64,000 bases of DNA. It comes from Callorhinchus milii (lineage: Eukaryota). The notes beneath the pieces are model-generated. The model was given only the letters and a program-made list of their open reading frames with translations. It searched no databases and was not told where the DNA came from. The DNA lies in NCBI RefSeq assembly GCF_018977255.1, contig NW_024704810.1:62001-126000 (forward strand), written 5' to 3'. Below, piece by piece: positions 12,782 to 23,829 of the stretch; the first letter of the stretch is position 1, and each line of letters starts with the position of its first letter. A program made the position numbers and the translations under genes.

Positions 12782-13202
12782 TCTCCACTGCACACAAGTA
12801 GGTGGCGGCGTCTGTCACTTCTGTGCCTGTGATGCTCAGATTACTGCCCTTCTCTCTAAAGTTCATTGTAGCTGTGATCCTCTTCATCTGCTGCTCTCCT
12901 GTCTGTCCTGTTACCAAGTGTTTGAGGGACTGGTTCGGGTACTGTCTGTACCATTGTAAAGCCCGCGATTGTGTTGTGAAGCAGCTGATAATTACTTGTT
13001 CCTTCTCCCCAACAGTCACAGAGAGTGGCGACTGGGAGACTGTATCCTGACCACTGACACCTGGTAAACACAAAACAATTTGTTTGTGCAACTCACCCAT
13101 TAATTTAAGTAGAATTACATACAATTTCTGTAAAGCACACTCACCGCAGAGGGTTACGGCAGCTTTCAGGAGCAGGAATGCTAAAGTGTAATCGCACTTC
13201 AT
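12782..13202 (-). CDS. TRAV: TCR alpha-type V segment V6 (subgroup D); leader exon 13145-13202, V exon 12782-13060
   Basis: Leader MKCDYTLAFLLLKAAVTLC+G with gtgagt donor. V exon VSGQDTVSQSP..ISCF..LQWYRQ..DAATYLCAVE. Confidence 0.9.
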
Positions 13203-14203
13203 AACGAATCTTTCAGCGTTTTGATGAACAAATGCAAGTTTCCTTTGAAACCTCAATCAACTTTCCTCACTCCACACGCCTCTGTTTACAGAACCTGAAG
13301 TAGGAATCCGATAGTCAAATGAGGAATCGCTTTCAAAGGATAATTATCCCTNAAAAAATGGGACTCGACCCGCGACTGTTTGATTGTCTCTGTTTTGTCC
13401 AATCGTTGCTATGATTTCGACCATACAATACGCAGTCACTACACTTTACAGTTTATCATGTGAAGCGCTTTCACATGCCTTAGAGATGATTTAAAGCGCT
13501 GTATAAAACATCAAGTATTGTTATGATAGTCACAAGAAGGCAGGACGAGGTATTCAGTGGAAGACCCTGAGTGTGTGCAGACGGCTACACTATGTGTTGG
13601 CATCAAGTCCCCGGGGGCAGGTGTCAAGTTGATAATAAGTTGAAACGAGCCACTGCGAGGGTTCAAAGCGAAAGGGGAGGAATCATGAGATGTCAGCAGT
13701 TTCTCAGATGACTCTGCCCCAATTGGTGGAAAGTTTCCTTCCGGTCCATTTCCGCTCTATGCATCTGGGTTTCAGAAGTTTGCGTACAAGACACAATTAT
13801 TTTTGGCATAATTCATTACTACAAATTATTTTTCTCTGCTGTTTATTTCGCTGAATGACGCTTCATATATTAATATTTATTGTTGTTAAGCTGGTGTATG
13901 AAATATGTAGATACCTATCACTATCAATATGAATATCCCAGTGAAACAGAGAGATAGAATAATGATAATTTTTTGATATAGCCACTTGTCCCGTCTTCGA
14001 GACGTCTAAAATCGCTGCACAGGTTATTCTGTCAAGTGCAGTGACGGCGTATTATATGCGCGAAACACAGCAACGAATTGCACACATCAGTGTCACACAA
14101 ACTGTGATGGTTAGAGTGACAATGTCTTCAAAAAAAATCTAACTTTTATATTATTTTCATAATTAATTTCCATGCGTCCACGCTACACCTGGAATTTTTC
14201 CAT

Positions 14204-14341
14204 NNNNNNNNNNNNNNNNNNNNNNNNNNNNNNNNNNNNNNNNNNNNNNNNNNNNNNNNNNNNNNNNNNNNNNNNNNNNNNNNNNNNNNNNNNNNNNNNN
14301 NNNNNNNNNNNNNNNNNNNNNNNNNNNNNNNNNNNNNNNNN
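14204..14341. other. Assembly gap (N run)
   Basis: Run of n. Confidence 1.
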
Positions 14342-14879
14342 ATCTTTCTCTCTAACATTACCAATTCTGTTTACTGAGATACGGAGAGCATTAATGAAAA
14401 TCGTGATCCTCGCCTTTGACATAACGCCTTAATATGTTTTGAAAACAACTCAAAATGATTTTCAGATTACAGAGTGAAGAGAATATGCCAATTGAATTTT
14501 TGGAAAAGGCAAAAGTTTAGGAACGTCAGAGTGTGCCTTGTGGTGACTCTTGGAAATTAAATCGCTAAAATTGGTTAATTTCCAAAGCCTTATCACGTGT
14601 TCGAAAGGTCTCAAAGTCTGTTGCTGCACATACCTGATAGGCAATATGCACTATGTTTTATTTGCGAAACGCTGCAGCCATTAATGCACAGCAATTACCC
14701 AAAAAGAGTCGTATATTGACTAAATTTTAATTATTTCCTTATGAAGGGAATATTAATATTATTATTAAGAAAATTTGTGATACACTAACCGATTAACAGC
14801 TGGGTTATACTTACTGCTAGGTAAACATTGGTGAGTATGTAGACCAAGGAAACTTGCCTAAGTTCATGAGTGTTTGCTT

Positions 14880-14918
14880 AGCTTTTGGACGGGGAACCTG
14901 CCTTCCTGTAACAGTGTG
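14880..14918 (-). other. 23-RSS of V7 (weak nonamer)
   Basis: CACACTG, 23 nt, CCAAAAGCT. Confidence 0.8.
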
Positions 14919-15736
14919 GGCTCCAGGGCACAGTAATACACAGCGCTGTCACCCACAACAGCACTAAGTATCTGCAGGTTAATTACTTTATTCTCCTTGA
15001 TCAGCTCGGCAGTGAAACGGTCAGGAGGACTGTCTACCTTTCCAGAGGAATATATCCTGAACAGGTACTGAGGAGCTCCATCTGGATTTTGCCTGTACCA
15101 GAAGGCAGCGTTTATTGTGGAATAACTGCAGTTCATTGTCACGTTCTCTCCTTCAAAATCTGTTATCTCGGGAGGATATTGGGTGACTGCATCTTGCCCG
15201 TAGACTTCTGCAAGTAGAAAAACAACACAGTTTGCTGAGCAACGTTCAGTGGAGATTTGCAATCATAATAAGTATAATAATAATTTCGTTTCTATATCAG
15301 GTTATCACACGGTTTGGACGTCTCAAAGCGCACACAGAATACATTATTATGAGAATTGACTCCACATTTTGAGGGAGAAACGTTGCAGCTAATTAAGCAC
15401 TGCAGTGTCGCTCACACCGTCACGGATTGTTTGACGAAATTATTATCGACTGATTTATTCTTTAATATATTGTTACTCTCGGATAGCTATCCCTGAAACA
15501 ATTATAAACCGGGTTCCTACTTACTGCCGGTAATCACAGGCTTCAGGTGTAAGCAAATTTGCTGGATGTTTCACGTTGCCCGGGAATCGAACACAGGTCC
15601 TCTCGCTTGAGAGGTGAGTGCTCTCAACACTAAGCTTCTGATCAAGTATAATGTAAAGTTCATGCCCTGGGCATGTCCACACATACTTACTGGCTATGGT
15701 GAGGATCGCTATCAGTAACTGGCAGTGAGCTGTCAT
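14919..15736 (-). CDS. TRAV: TCR alpha/delta-type V segment V7 (subgroup B); leader exon 15691-15736, V exon 14919-15207
   Basis: Leader MTAHCQLLIAILTIA with gtaagt donor. V exon VYGQDAVTQYP..MNCS..AFWYRQ..DSAVYYCALE. Paralogous to V2. Confidence 0.92.
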
Positions 15737-16940
15737 GTTGGCTGCTGAGGTGTGGACAGATAATGGAATCTCTTCCTTTGTATATCGCTGTGTCGCTGCT
15801 TTAGTGACAAGTTGTGAGGAAGCGGCTGATCTGACGGGTTCAGTGGTTCACTGTCTCCAATTGTAGGCGTTTCCCACTAACCAGAGGATATTGAACTTGA
15901 TCTGCCGGCGATTGGGAACCAATGGGTCTCGGAAAGGATGGGAGCACAGCCTTGCTTTTCACCCACCAGCAATTCACCTTGCAGTATATTCTCAGTTAAA
16001 CTCTTCGCTACCACCTCCGAAACAAACTTCTCTCCAGCAATGGCAACTGTTTTTTTTATTCTTGTACATTACTGTTTGGAATGGCGTCCAAGACATGAAT
16101 CGACCAATAAAGATGTATCATCTATTCCAACTTTTATTTAAATGAGATCCGTTTAATTCTCCTTCTGAAATTAAACTGAAACAAATGACCAGAGTGCCCA
16201 CAACAAAATCTGTCACATTTAATGCGCAGTGATATCCACTAAAGGGCGGCTGCTTAATTGAGAGAAAGGCAATAAGATGGAAAAAGCGAACAAAGAAACG
16301 CTTCTACATCAAACTAAGCCTTGCGCTTATCACAGTTTAGAAAAACCTTTGTACATTTCAGCTGAGGCAGCAATAGTCTGTGTGAGGGAACCGATGGCAA
16401 CAGTGAAAGGAAGCACCTGTTATCGCTGTAAAACAAGTTAATTACAGAAAGAGACGTGACATGTTTTGTGAGTTGCAGCTCATGTTATATGTATGTTTAG
16501 TGCGCCACCTGCAGGAGGATTTTGGCTTCAGCAAGTGGGCAATTGGACATATTTGAAAGCAAATTATCCTCGTCCCGCCTTAATTATCCCTTTTTGAATG
16601 GCCCTAATTAATGCAACTTACTTCTTCTACCTATTAAAAAAACAGAGGAAGACAATTGCTTGGGCAGATCTACCTAGATAGCAATGTATTTGAAGCAATT
16701 TCTGTGACAATAACCTGATCATATTTACAACAAGAACAAAATGGATTTATATAGATAATAGCGGAGGACTCGAGTGAGGTGGAGACAGCGGGAACTCTTT
16801 GGAGGAGAGTCACGAGGAGCCTCAAAGCGCTTCACGTAATGTTCTGCAAACGAATTAACTGCATATTTTGTGGGCGAAATATCCGTGAAGCATTGGATTA
16901 ACTGTAAGTATAATTGATAAGCTGCAGGACTTCACATGGC

Positions 16941-16979
16941 AGTTTTTGTTGGGCGGAATCCCCGATCTATGCCTCTGAA
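16941..16979 (-). other. Orphan subgroup-A RSS remnant with no V exon
   Basis: Nonamer ACAAAAACT and a 23-nt spacer resembling the subgroup-A spacers are present. The heptamer reads ttCAGAG instead of CACAGAG and abuts SINE-like sequence rather than V coding sequence. Confidence 0.7.
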
Positions 16980-17190
16980 CGCAGCAGCGAATTGCTCACA
17001 TCAGTGACCCATTGGTTAATTTACATATTTATTAGTAATATTATTATCTTGAAGGTATTATTACACCTGAAAAAATGATCCGCCTGCAGGTTAGCAACAG
17101 GGTTCCTGCTTTTACTGCCGGAATCGAACCCAATTGCTCTCACTTGCGAGGCGAGTGCTATCCCCACTGAGCTACAGGACTCCACATGGC

Positions 17191-17229
17191 GGTTTCTGTA
17201 GGGCGGAGACGCTGATCTGTGCCTCTGTG
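17191..17229 (-). other. 23-RSS of V8
   Basis: CACAGAG, 23 nt, ACAGAAACC. Confidence 0.9.
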
Positions 17230-18075
17230 GGGCTCAGTGCACAGTAATACCCGGCGGAGTCTGTAACTCTCACTTGGATTATATTTAATGGGACGGTTCT
17301 CTCCGCTTTAGACACATTCGTTGAGAAACGTTCTTTGGCAAAGTCTGCATATTTCGGTTTGCTGTAGGCGGATGCCCAAAGGATATATTCTGGAGCTTTG
17401 CTAGGATAGTGACGGTACCAGAACAGATTGGGATTGATGTCTGCAGTAGTATAATTGCAATGCATATGGGCAGCTTCCCCTTCATTCACTGTCACAGTAG
17501 ATTCGAGCTGTTTCACAGAATCTCCTCCACAATGTCCTGGAAACCAGACACACATCAGCGTTCAATAGCATACAAATAATAATAATAAGCATAGCTTTTG
17601 ACGGAGCGCCAGATCACATCTTTGACACGTCTCCAAATGCTTCCGAAAATATGCAATAACTGTATTTTGTGGGCGGCACGTGGCACTAAACTGCGCACAA
17701 CATTCTCCGACAAAAGTCGTGGATTGACTGATTACTATTTTTGTTACGAGCAGTTTTTTAAGGGATTATAACCCCGGACAGCACTTCTGACAATCGACCA
17801 GCAAACGGGTACCTACATATGTGTAGATAAACAGAGATGGGTGTGTGGAGAAAGGAAATCTGCCTAAGGTTCCGCTGTGTCCCACCCGGGACCCAAAACC
17901 AAGTCCAGACGCTTGCTGAACTACAGGAATGCATGAGTCATGTACCGTATTGGTTAGTTTATGCAACAAAATATAAGCATTGGATAATATGCACATGAAA
18001 TTGACACATAGAGCGAATTTGGTGCTTACCTGAAAAGGTAATAATGGCTGCTAACAAATAAGTATACGTTATCAT
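17230..18075 (-). CDS. TRAV: TCR alpha/delta-type V segment V8 (subgroup A, most distal V seen); leader exon 18030-18075, V exon 17230-17536
   Basis: Leader MITYTYLLAAIITFS+G with gtaag donor. V exon GHCGGDSVKQ..MHCNY..WYRH..GYYCALS. Confidence 0.92.
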
Positions 18076-18244
18076 ATGTATTTAGTGGCGCGGGGCGTTG
18101 AGAGAGCGTTGATGGTGTAGTTGGAGAATGTTTCCTGGGAGGCTGTAAGATACCGTGAGGAGGGCTGAACAGGAAACAACTTACAAGAGTTGTCATACAC
18201 TGTGAGGGGGCTGTTCTGAGGGTTGTGTACAAACCCTGTGTTTC

Positions 18245-18310
18245 TGATAGCGCGTCATCCTTTCCGCTCTGCCATCTCGCTCCTCCATTGGTTCTCTTTC
18301 ATCACTGACA
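18245..18310 (-). promoter_or_regulatory. V8 promoter module (TGACGCG + CCAAT)
   Basis: TGACGCG at 18257-18251 and CCAAT at 18291-18287. Confidence 0.55.
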
Positions 18311-18554
18311 TGTATTTGTGGATCTGGGTGTCAGACACATTAAGCAAGTTCCATCCAGATTTAAGTTGATCCGAAGCACACACATCAGTTCCACACGTTT
18401 TCCTCTTCGCATGTCAACGTGCCTTTGGAAGGGAACTTGCCCTTTCTCTCTGGAGGAACACATCCTGTTTGATTAAATTCGCATGTTGGCGCAGACTGGA
18501 AAGGGACAAGATTAGGGGAGGTGTATCTGCAATGGACTACATTCTGATTATGTA

Positions 18555-20825
18555 CAACAACAACAACAAAAAGATTCCATTTATTGAGCGCCTTTCACGT
18601 CGGGAGGACGTCCCAGGCGCTATACAGTTGGGTCAGGACCCGAGCAAAGGGGAAATGGTGACGGTGATGGGAGGGAAGGGAGGGAGCGAGGAGTGGGGAA
18701 ATGATCAGGGTGTGGGGAGGGAAGGGAGGGAGCGAGAAGGGGGTAGAGAGTCGAGCGGGGAGCTGAAGGCACGATGAAAGAGAAAGGTCTTGAGACCGGC
18801 CTTGAAGGAAGAAAGGGAGGAGGCAAGGCGAAGGCACTGGGGATAGAGTTCCAGAGCCTCGGGGTTGAGAGGCTGAAGGCCACCGATGGTAGGGCGGTTG
18901 GGGCGGGGGATGTGGAGCAGACCGGAGCCAGAGCAACGGAGGGTACGGGCAGGTAGGTAGTGGGGTAGTAGGTCAGAGAGGTAGGAGGGAGCAAGGCCGT
19001 GAATAGCCTTGTAGGTAAGGATGAGGATCTGGAATTCGATCCCCTGGGGGATGGGGAGAAAGTGAAGGCGAGTGAGGGTGGGAGTGATGTGGTCCCGAAA
19101 CCTGGTGCGGGAGAGTACACGAGCTGCAGAGTACTGAATAACCTGCAGCTTGTGGAGGGAGGTGCCGGGAAGGCCGGCGAGGAGAGAGTTCCCATAGACA
19201 AGCCTTGAGGTGATAAAGGCGTGGACCAGAGTTTCAGCAACGTGAGGGCTGAGGTAGTGCCGTAGTATGGCGATATTCAGGAGGTGATGGAAGGCGCTGC
19301 AAGTTGTGGCGCGGATGTGAGGGAGAAAGGACAGCTCAGGGTCGAACAGAACCCGGAGGTTCCTGATGGCTTTGAGAGGTGGAGAATGCAGCCTTGGATA
19401 CTGTTGCTGTCAGCGCCAGAGGTGCGGAGGCGCTGACGCGAGCCAATCAGGAGGGCTTCATTTCTACGCACGTTGAGCTGAAAAAAATTGTCTCTCGTCC
19501 AGGACTCGATGTCGGACAGGAAGGCTGTCAGGACATCGGTGGTCGTGGAGTTGAGGGTAGAGGAGGAAAGGTAGAGTTGAGTGTCATCCGTAAACATGTG
19601 GAAGATAACCCCATCTCTGCGGATGATGTCACCAAGGGGGAGCATATAGTGGGTGAAGAGGAGGGGACCGAGTACAGAGCCCCGAGGGACACCGCACGAG
19701 ACAGTGTGGTGGCTGGACGAAAAGCCATTCGTGGAAACAAACTGAAGACGGTGGTTGAGGTACGATCTAAAGCACTCAAGGACATGGCCTTGAAAGTTGA
19801 GGTGGGAGTACAAGCGGTGGAGGAGGATAGCATGGTCGACCGTATCGAATGCTACCGATAGGTCGAGGAGGACGAGGAGGCAGAGGAAGCCCTGGTCACA
19901 GATGGTCAGGATCTCATTGGTGACATTGACGAGGGCAATTTCTGTGCTATGGGCAGCACGGAAACCCGACTGAATGGGTTCGAATAATGAATGGGTGGAG
20001 AGGAAAGAGCGCAGCTGGGAGACGACATCTCGTTCTAGGTCCCTGGACAGGAAGGGGAGGTTGGAAATGGGCCACAAGCTTGATAGCTGCGACGCATCAA
20101 GGGAGAGTTTTTTCAAGGTTGGAGTGATGGTGGCCGTTTTTAAGGGAATGGGAACAGAGCCAGAGGAAAGGGACAGGTTGACGATGTCTGTGATACGTGG
20201 GGCAAGGAGGTGGAGCTGGGTGGTAAGGAGTGGAGTGGGGATGGTTTCAAGGGAGCAGGTGGTGGGTTTCAGGGATAGGATGAGTTTGGTGACAGAGGAT
20301 GGGGAAACGGGTACGACAGTGTGTAAGGGAAGATGGGTAGGATTCGGAGTCTGGGAGGGAGGGTGTGGGGGTGTGTGTGCATGTTGGAGCGGAAGTGAAT
20401 GCGGTGCGAATTGCCTTGATTTTGGATTTAAGAAAATCCAGCATTTCTGCACAGTGAAGGTTGGAGGAGATGATCTGCGCAGGGTGGCTTTGGGGTGACG
20501 GAGGAGTCGGGATGTGGTAGAAAACCGTAACCTGGGGTGGTTCTTCGCCTCCAGGATTATCCTGGAGAAGAAGGACGACTTGACCGAGGCTAGAGTGGAG
20601 CGGTAGATTTTGAGGAGTTCCAGCCAGATTTGTCGGTGGACCGTTAGGCCAGATTTGACGCAGGTGCATTCAACGGCCCGCACCTGGCTCTTCATTGAAC
20701 GGAGGTGGGTAGTGACCCATGGGGAGAAGCGAGAGAAGGAGGCAGTACGGGAGGTGATGGAGCAAGTGTATCGAGTGTGGAGGAGAGTGTGTTGTGGAGG
20801 AGGGTGAGAGGAGGAGAGGTCAGTG
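18555..20825 (-). mobile_element. L2-clade LINE, 5'-truncated, decayed ORF2 (reverse transcriptase)
   Basis: ORF 19277-20695 contains QSGFRAAHSTE, LDLSVAFDTVDH, GVPRGSVLGPLLF and FTDDTQLY (YADD degenerate). It is frameshifted into 18620-19240. The 3' tail ..GACGTGAAAGGCGCTCAATAAAT..(TTG)n is present. Confidence 0.93.
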
Positions 20826-20910
20826 AGTTGTAAAGTGCCTCCAATGCTGAGGTTTGGGCTCTATGTGTATGGGTGCGAGAGCGCGAGAGGCTACGATGTG
20901 CAGCCGTTCG

Positions 20911-21230
20911 GGGAGTCCTGCAGCTCAGTCGTTAGAGCACTCGCTTTGCAAGCGAGAGACCTGAGTTCAATTCCAGGCACGGTGAAATCTAGGGCAAGTT
21001 TCCTTACTCCACATAGAGCTTAACAATAATCACTCCAAAGCCAAAAGCAATTACAAATTGGTCATTTTTAATCCACGACTGTTTGTGGGACATTGCTGTG
21101 CGCAATTACCTGCCGCGTTCCACCACAAAAATACAGCCAATTCACTTTACAGTGTGTTCTGTGAAGCGCTTTGGACGTACTCCCGTCGTGAAAGGCGCTA
21201 TATCAAATGCAAGGTTTATTATTATTATTA
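20911..21230 (+). mobile_element. Near full-length SINE
   Basis: tRNA-like head with A and B boxes, Deu-like core, L2-like tail and (TTA)n. Confidence 0.9.
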
Positions 21231-21346
21231 CTGAGAATGGCGCTATGCGCATTTGTGTCGATTTGTGAGTGAGCCTCTACTTGATCCCACTGCTGAACAT
21301 ATTGCTTTTTGCGTGAGAATAATGCTGTAAAGTTCCCCAGTCTGAG

Positions 21347-21514
21347 NNNNNNNNNNNNNNNNNNNNNNNNNNNNNNNNNNNNNNNNNNNNNNNNNNNNNN
21401 NNNNNNNNNNNNNNNNNNNNNNNNNNNNNNNNNNNNNNNNNNNNNNNNNNNNNNNNNNNNNNNNNNNNNNNNNNNNNNNNNNNNNNNNNNNNNNNNNNNN
21501 NNNNNNNNNNNNNN
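21347..21514. other. Assembly gap (N run)
   Basis: Run of n. Confidence 1.
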
Positions 21515-22975
21515 GCTCACAATGCTGAGGGCGGCGCAGTGCGTGTGTGAAATAAAGCGAAAGAGGGCGGTGATGTATCCCGACTTTTTAGGTGGCGCTG
21601 TGCGTTTCTTTCTGCATGTGAGAGAGAGAGGATATTATGTGCCCACTGTGCTGAGGGTGGCGCTGTGTGTGTGTGTGTGTGTCAAGCTGGAATATGCCCC
21701 CAGTGCTGAGGCTTCCCTTTGTGTGATAGAGAAAATAATGTGAACCCTGTGCTGACTATGTCGTTATGTGACTGTGTGTGTGATTGTGTGAGAGTGACTG
21801 CAGTGTGCCCCCAGTGCTGAGGATAGCGCTGTGTGTGTGTCAAGCTGTAATATGCCCCCAATTCTGAGAATGGCACTGTGTTTCCTGAGTGTGTGTGTGA
21901 GAGAGAAATATACAGTCAATTCTCTTTACAGTGTGTCCTGTGAAGCGCTTTGGACGTCCTCCCGACGTGAAAAGCGATATGTCAAATGCAAGGATTATTA
22001 TTATTATAAATAGAGAGAGAGAGCGAAAGTGTGTGTAATGTGTCGCCAGTGATCAGGTTGGCGCTGTATATGGGAACCTGTGTGTGTTTGTGAGAGACGA
22101 TCTGATGTGCCACTCGTGCTCAGGGCGGCCCTGTGTGTTTTTGTTTTTTGTGTGTGTGTTTGTGTGTGTCTGTGAATCTGTTATTGCCTCCAGTGATGAG
22201 AATGGAGTCCTGTACCTCAGTGGTTAGAGCACTCGCTTTGCAAGCGAGAGACCTGAGTTCAATTCCAGGCTGGGCGAAAACTTGGGTAAGTTTCCTTACT
22301 CCACACGCCTAATAATAATCCCTCCGAAACAAAACAATAATAAATTGGTCATTTTCGATCTACGACTGTTTGTGGGACATTGCTGTGCGCAATTGTCTGC
22401 CGCGTTCGCCCACAAATATACAGTCAATTCACTTTACAGTGTGTTCTGTGAAGCGGTTTGGGACGTCCTCCCGACGTGAAAAGCGCTATATCAAATGCAA
22501 GGATTATTATTATTATTATTATTAATGGCTCTATGTGTGCGCGGGAGAGGTAGACAGAAAGCGAATATACTGTGCCGCCAGTGCTAACGCTGGTGATGTA
22601 TATCTATGTCGGGGTGTATGTGTGAAGGAGGCTTCAATGTGTCCCAGTGCTGAGAATGACAGTGTTTTCTGTGTGTGTGTGTGTGAGAGAGAGAGATTCT
22701 AATGTGCCCCGAGTGCTGAGCAGAGCGCTTTATGTGCATATGTGTGTGTGTGTGTGTGTGTGTTGAAGTTGCAATATACCCGCAGAGCTGAGGTTGGCGC
22801 TGGTCTTGTTTGTAAATATATGAGAGAGGATGTAAAGTGCCACCAGTGCTGAATGTGGCGCTGTGTGTTTTTGTGAGTGTGTGAGAGAGAGAGACAGAGA
22901 GAGTGAGAGAAGTGAGAGATAGAGAAAGAGAGAGGGTGGTTGTAATCCGTCCACAGTGATGAGTGTGGTCCTGTG
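21515..22975 (+). repeat. Degenerate array of ~14 cores (GTGCCnCCAGTGCTGAGGnTGGCGCTG) separated by (TG)/(GA)-rich spacers
   Basis: Cores at ~21515, 21640, 21695, 21805, 21852, 22042, 22106, 22185, 22571, 22639, 22703, 22775, 22836 and 22948, all in the same orientation. Confidence 0.75.
22204..22524 (+). mobile_element. Full-length young SINE inserted into the core array
   Basis: GGAGTCCTGTACCTCAGTGG..GAGTTCAATTCC..GCGCTATATCAAATGCAAGG(ATT)n. Confidence 0.92.
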
Positions 22976-23829
22976 TGTCACTGTATGTGTGAGAGGCTTG
23001 TTGTGATTTCTCATCCTCAATGTTAACTTGGTCCAGTTTATTTTAGAACGGTTTATCTTATGGGCTCCCGGTTTGATTAACATGTCACTCGGGATACAAT
23101 CAATCCTGTGGCAAATATTGAGACTCAGGGATGCTCGGCATAGTTTACTACTTCTTAATTTAAAATGACAGTATTATCACTAAGTATTGTTCAGTAAAAA
23201 AAAGCTATTAGTTTTAGTCGATAAAAAAGCTATGGGTAGTTACGTTTTTCCAATCGTTTTAGTATTAAAGTTGACTCTTTAGTAACATACAACTCAAACG
23301 AGTATCAAGAATACCACAACACAATAATCATGACAGTGTATGCTTTTATTTAATGAAGCGTGTACATCAAATTCACTTGATTTATATTGTTCGGATATGG
23401 TTTGATTAATAGTTATCAGGAAATGCATTGTAATTCGATGCTAAATTAATCAATACAATATCACAATGGATGATACGCTAAGTCAGATATGAAAGCGCTC
23501 TGAGACTCCGTGCGGCGAGGAGGGCGCTATATATATCCAAGTTGTTGTTGTTGTTGAATGACCCAAGGGTATCCAATGGAAATATATTACCCGGTTAGTG
23601 GTGATGGGCTGATAGTGCTTCTCTCTCTCTCTTCCATCTACTCTCTCTCGCTCGGTAGCGATTCCTCGTCTGGGCAGTTATCATCTCACACGACTCTTCC
23701 ATTTGTCTCTCCTCAACTCTGGTATCGACGGTACCACGACGGATAGATTCTATAGCATCAGTTGCCGGACGATCTGCTCTGCCTGTTGTCCCTCTGCTTT
23801 TGGGTCGTTAATAGGGAGTGTGGGATATT

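Noticed and set aside
14165-14420. Possible V remnant flanking the N gap (ttccag|GTGTAGCGTGG.. and an MSKARITIFINAL leader-like ORF)
   Set aside because: A stop follows after 8 codons, no RSS was found, and the leader has the wrong phase; unsupported.
1-18400. NAR-TCR, IgH-like V, D or J segments
   Set aside because: All eight V genes have their own leader and a single 3' 23-RSS. No leaderless V, 12-RSS-flanked D or FGxG J motif was recognised.
20911-20990. tRNA-like sequences with A and B boxes (many copies)
   Set aside because: Always attached to the SINE core and tail, with no 3' acceptor stem; these are SINE heads, not tRNA genes.
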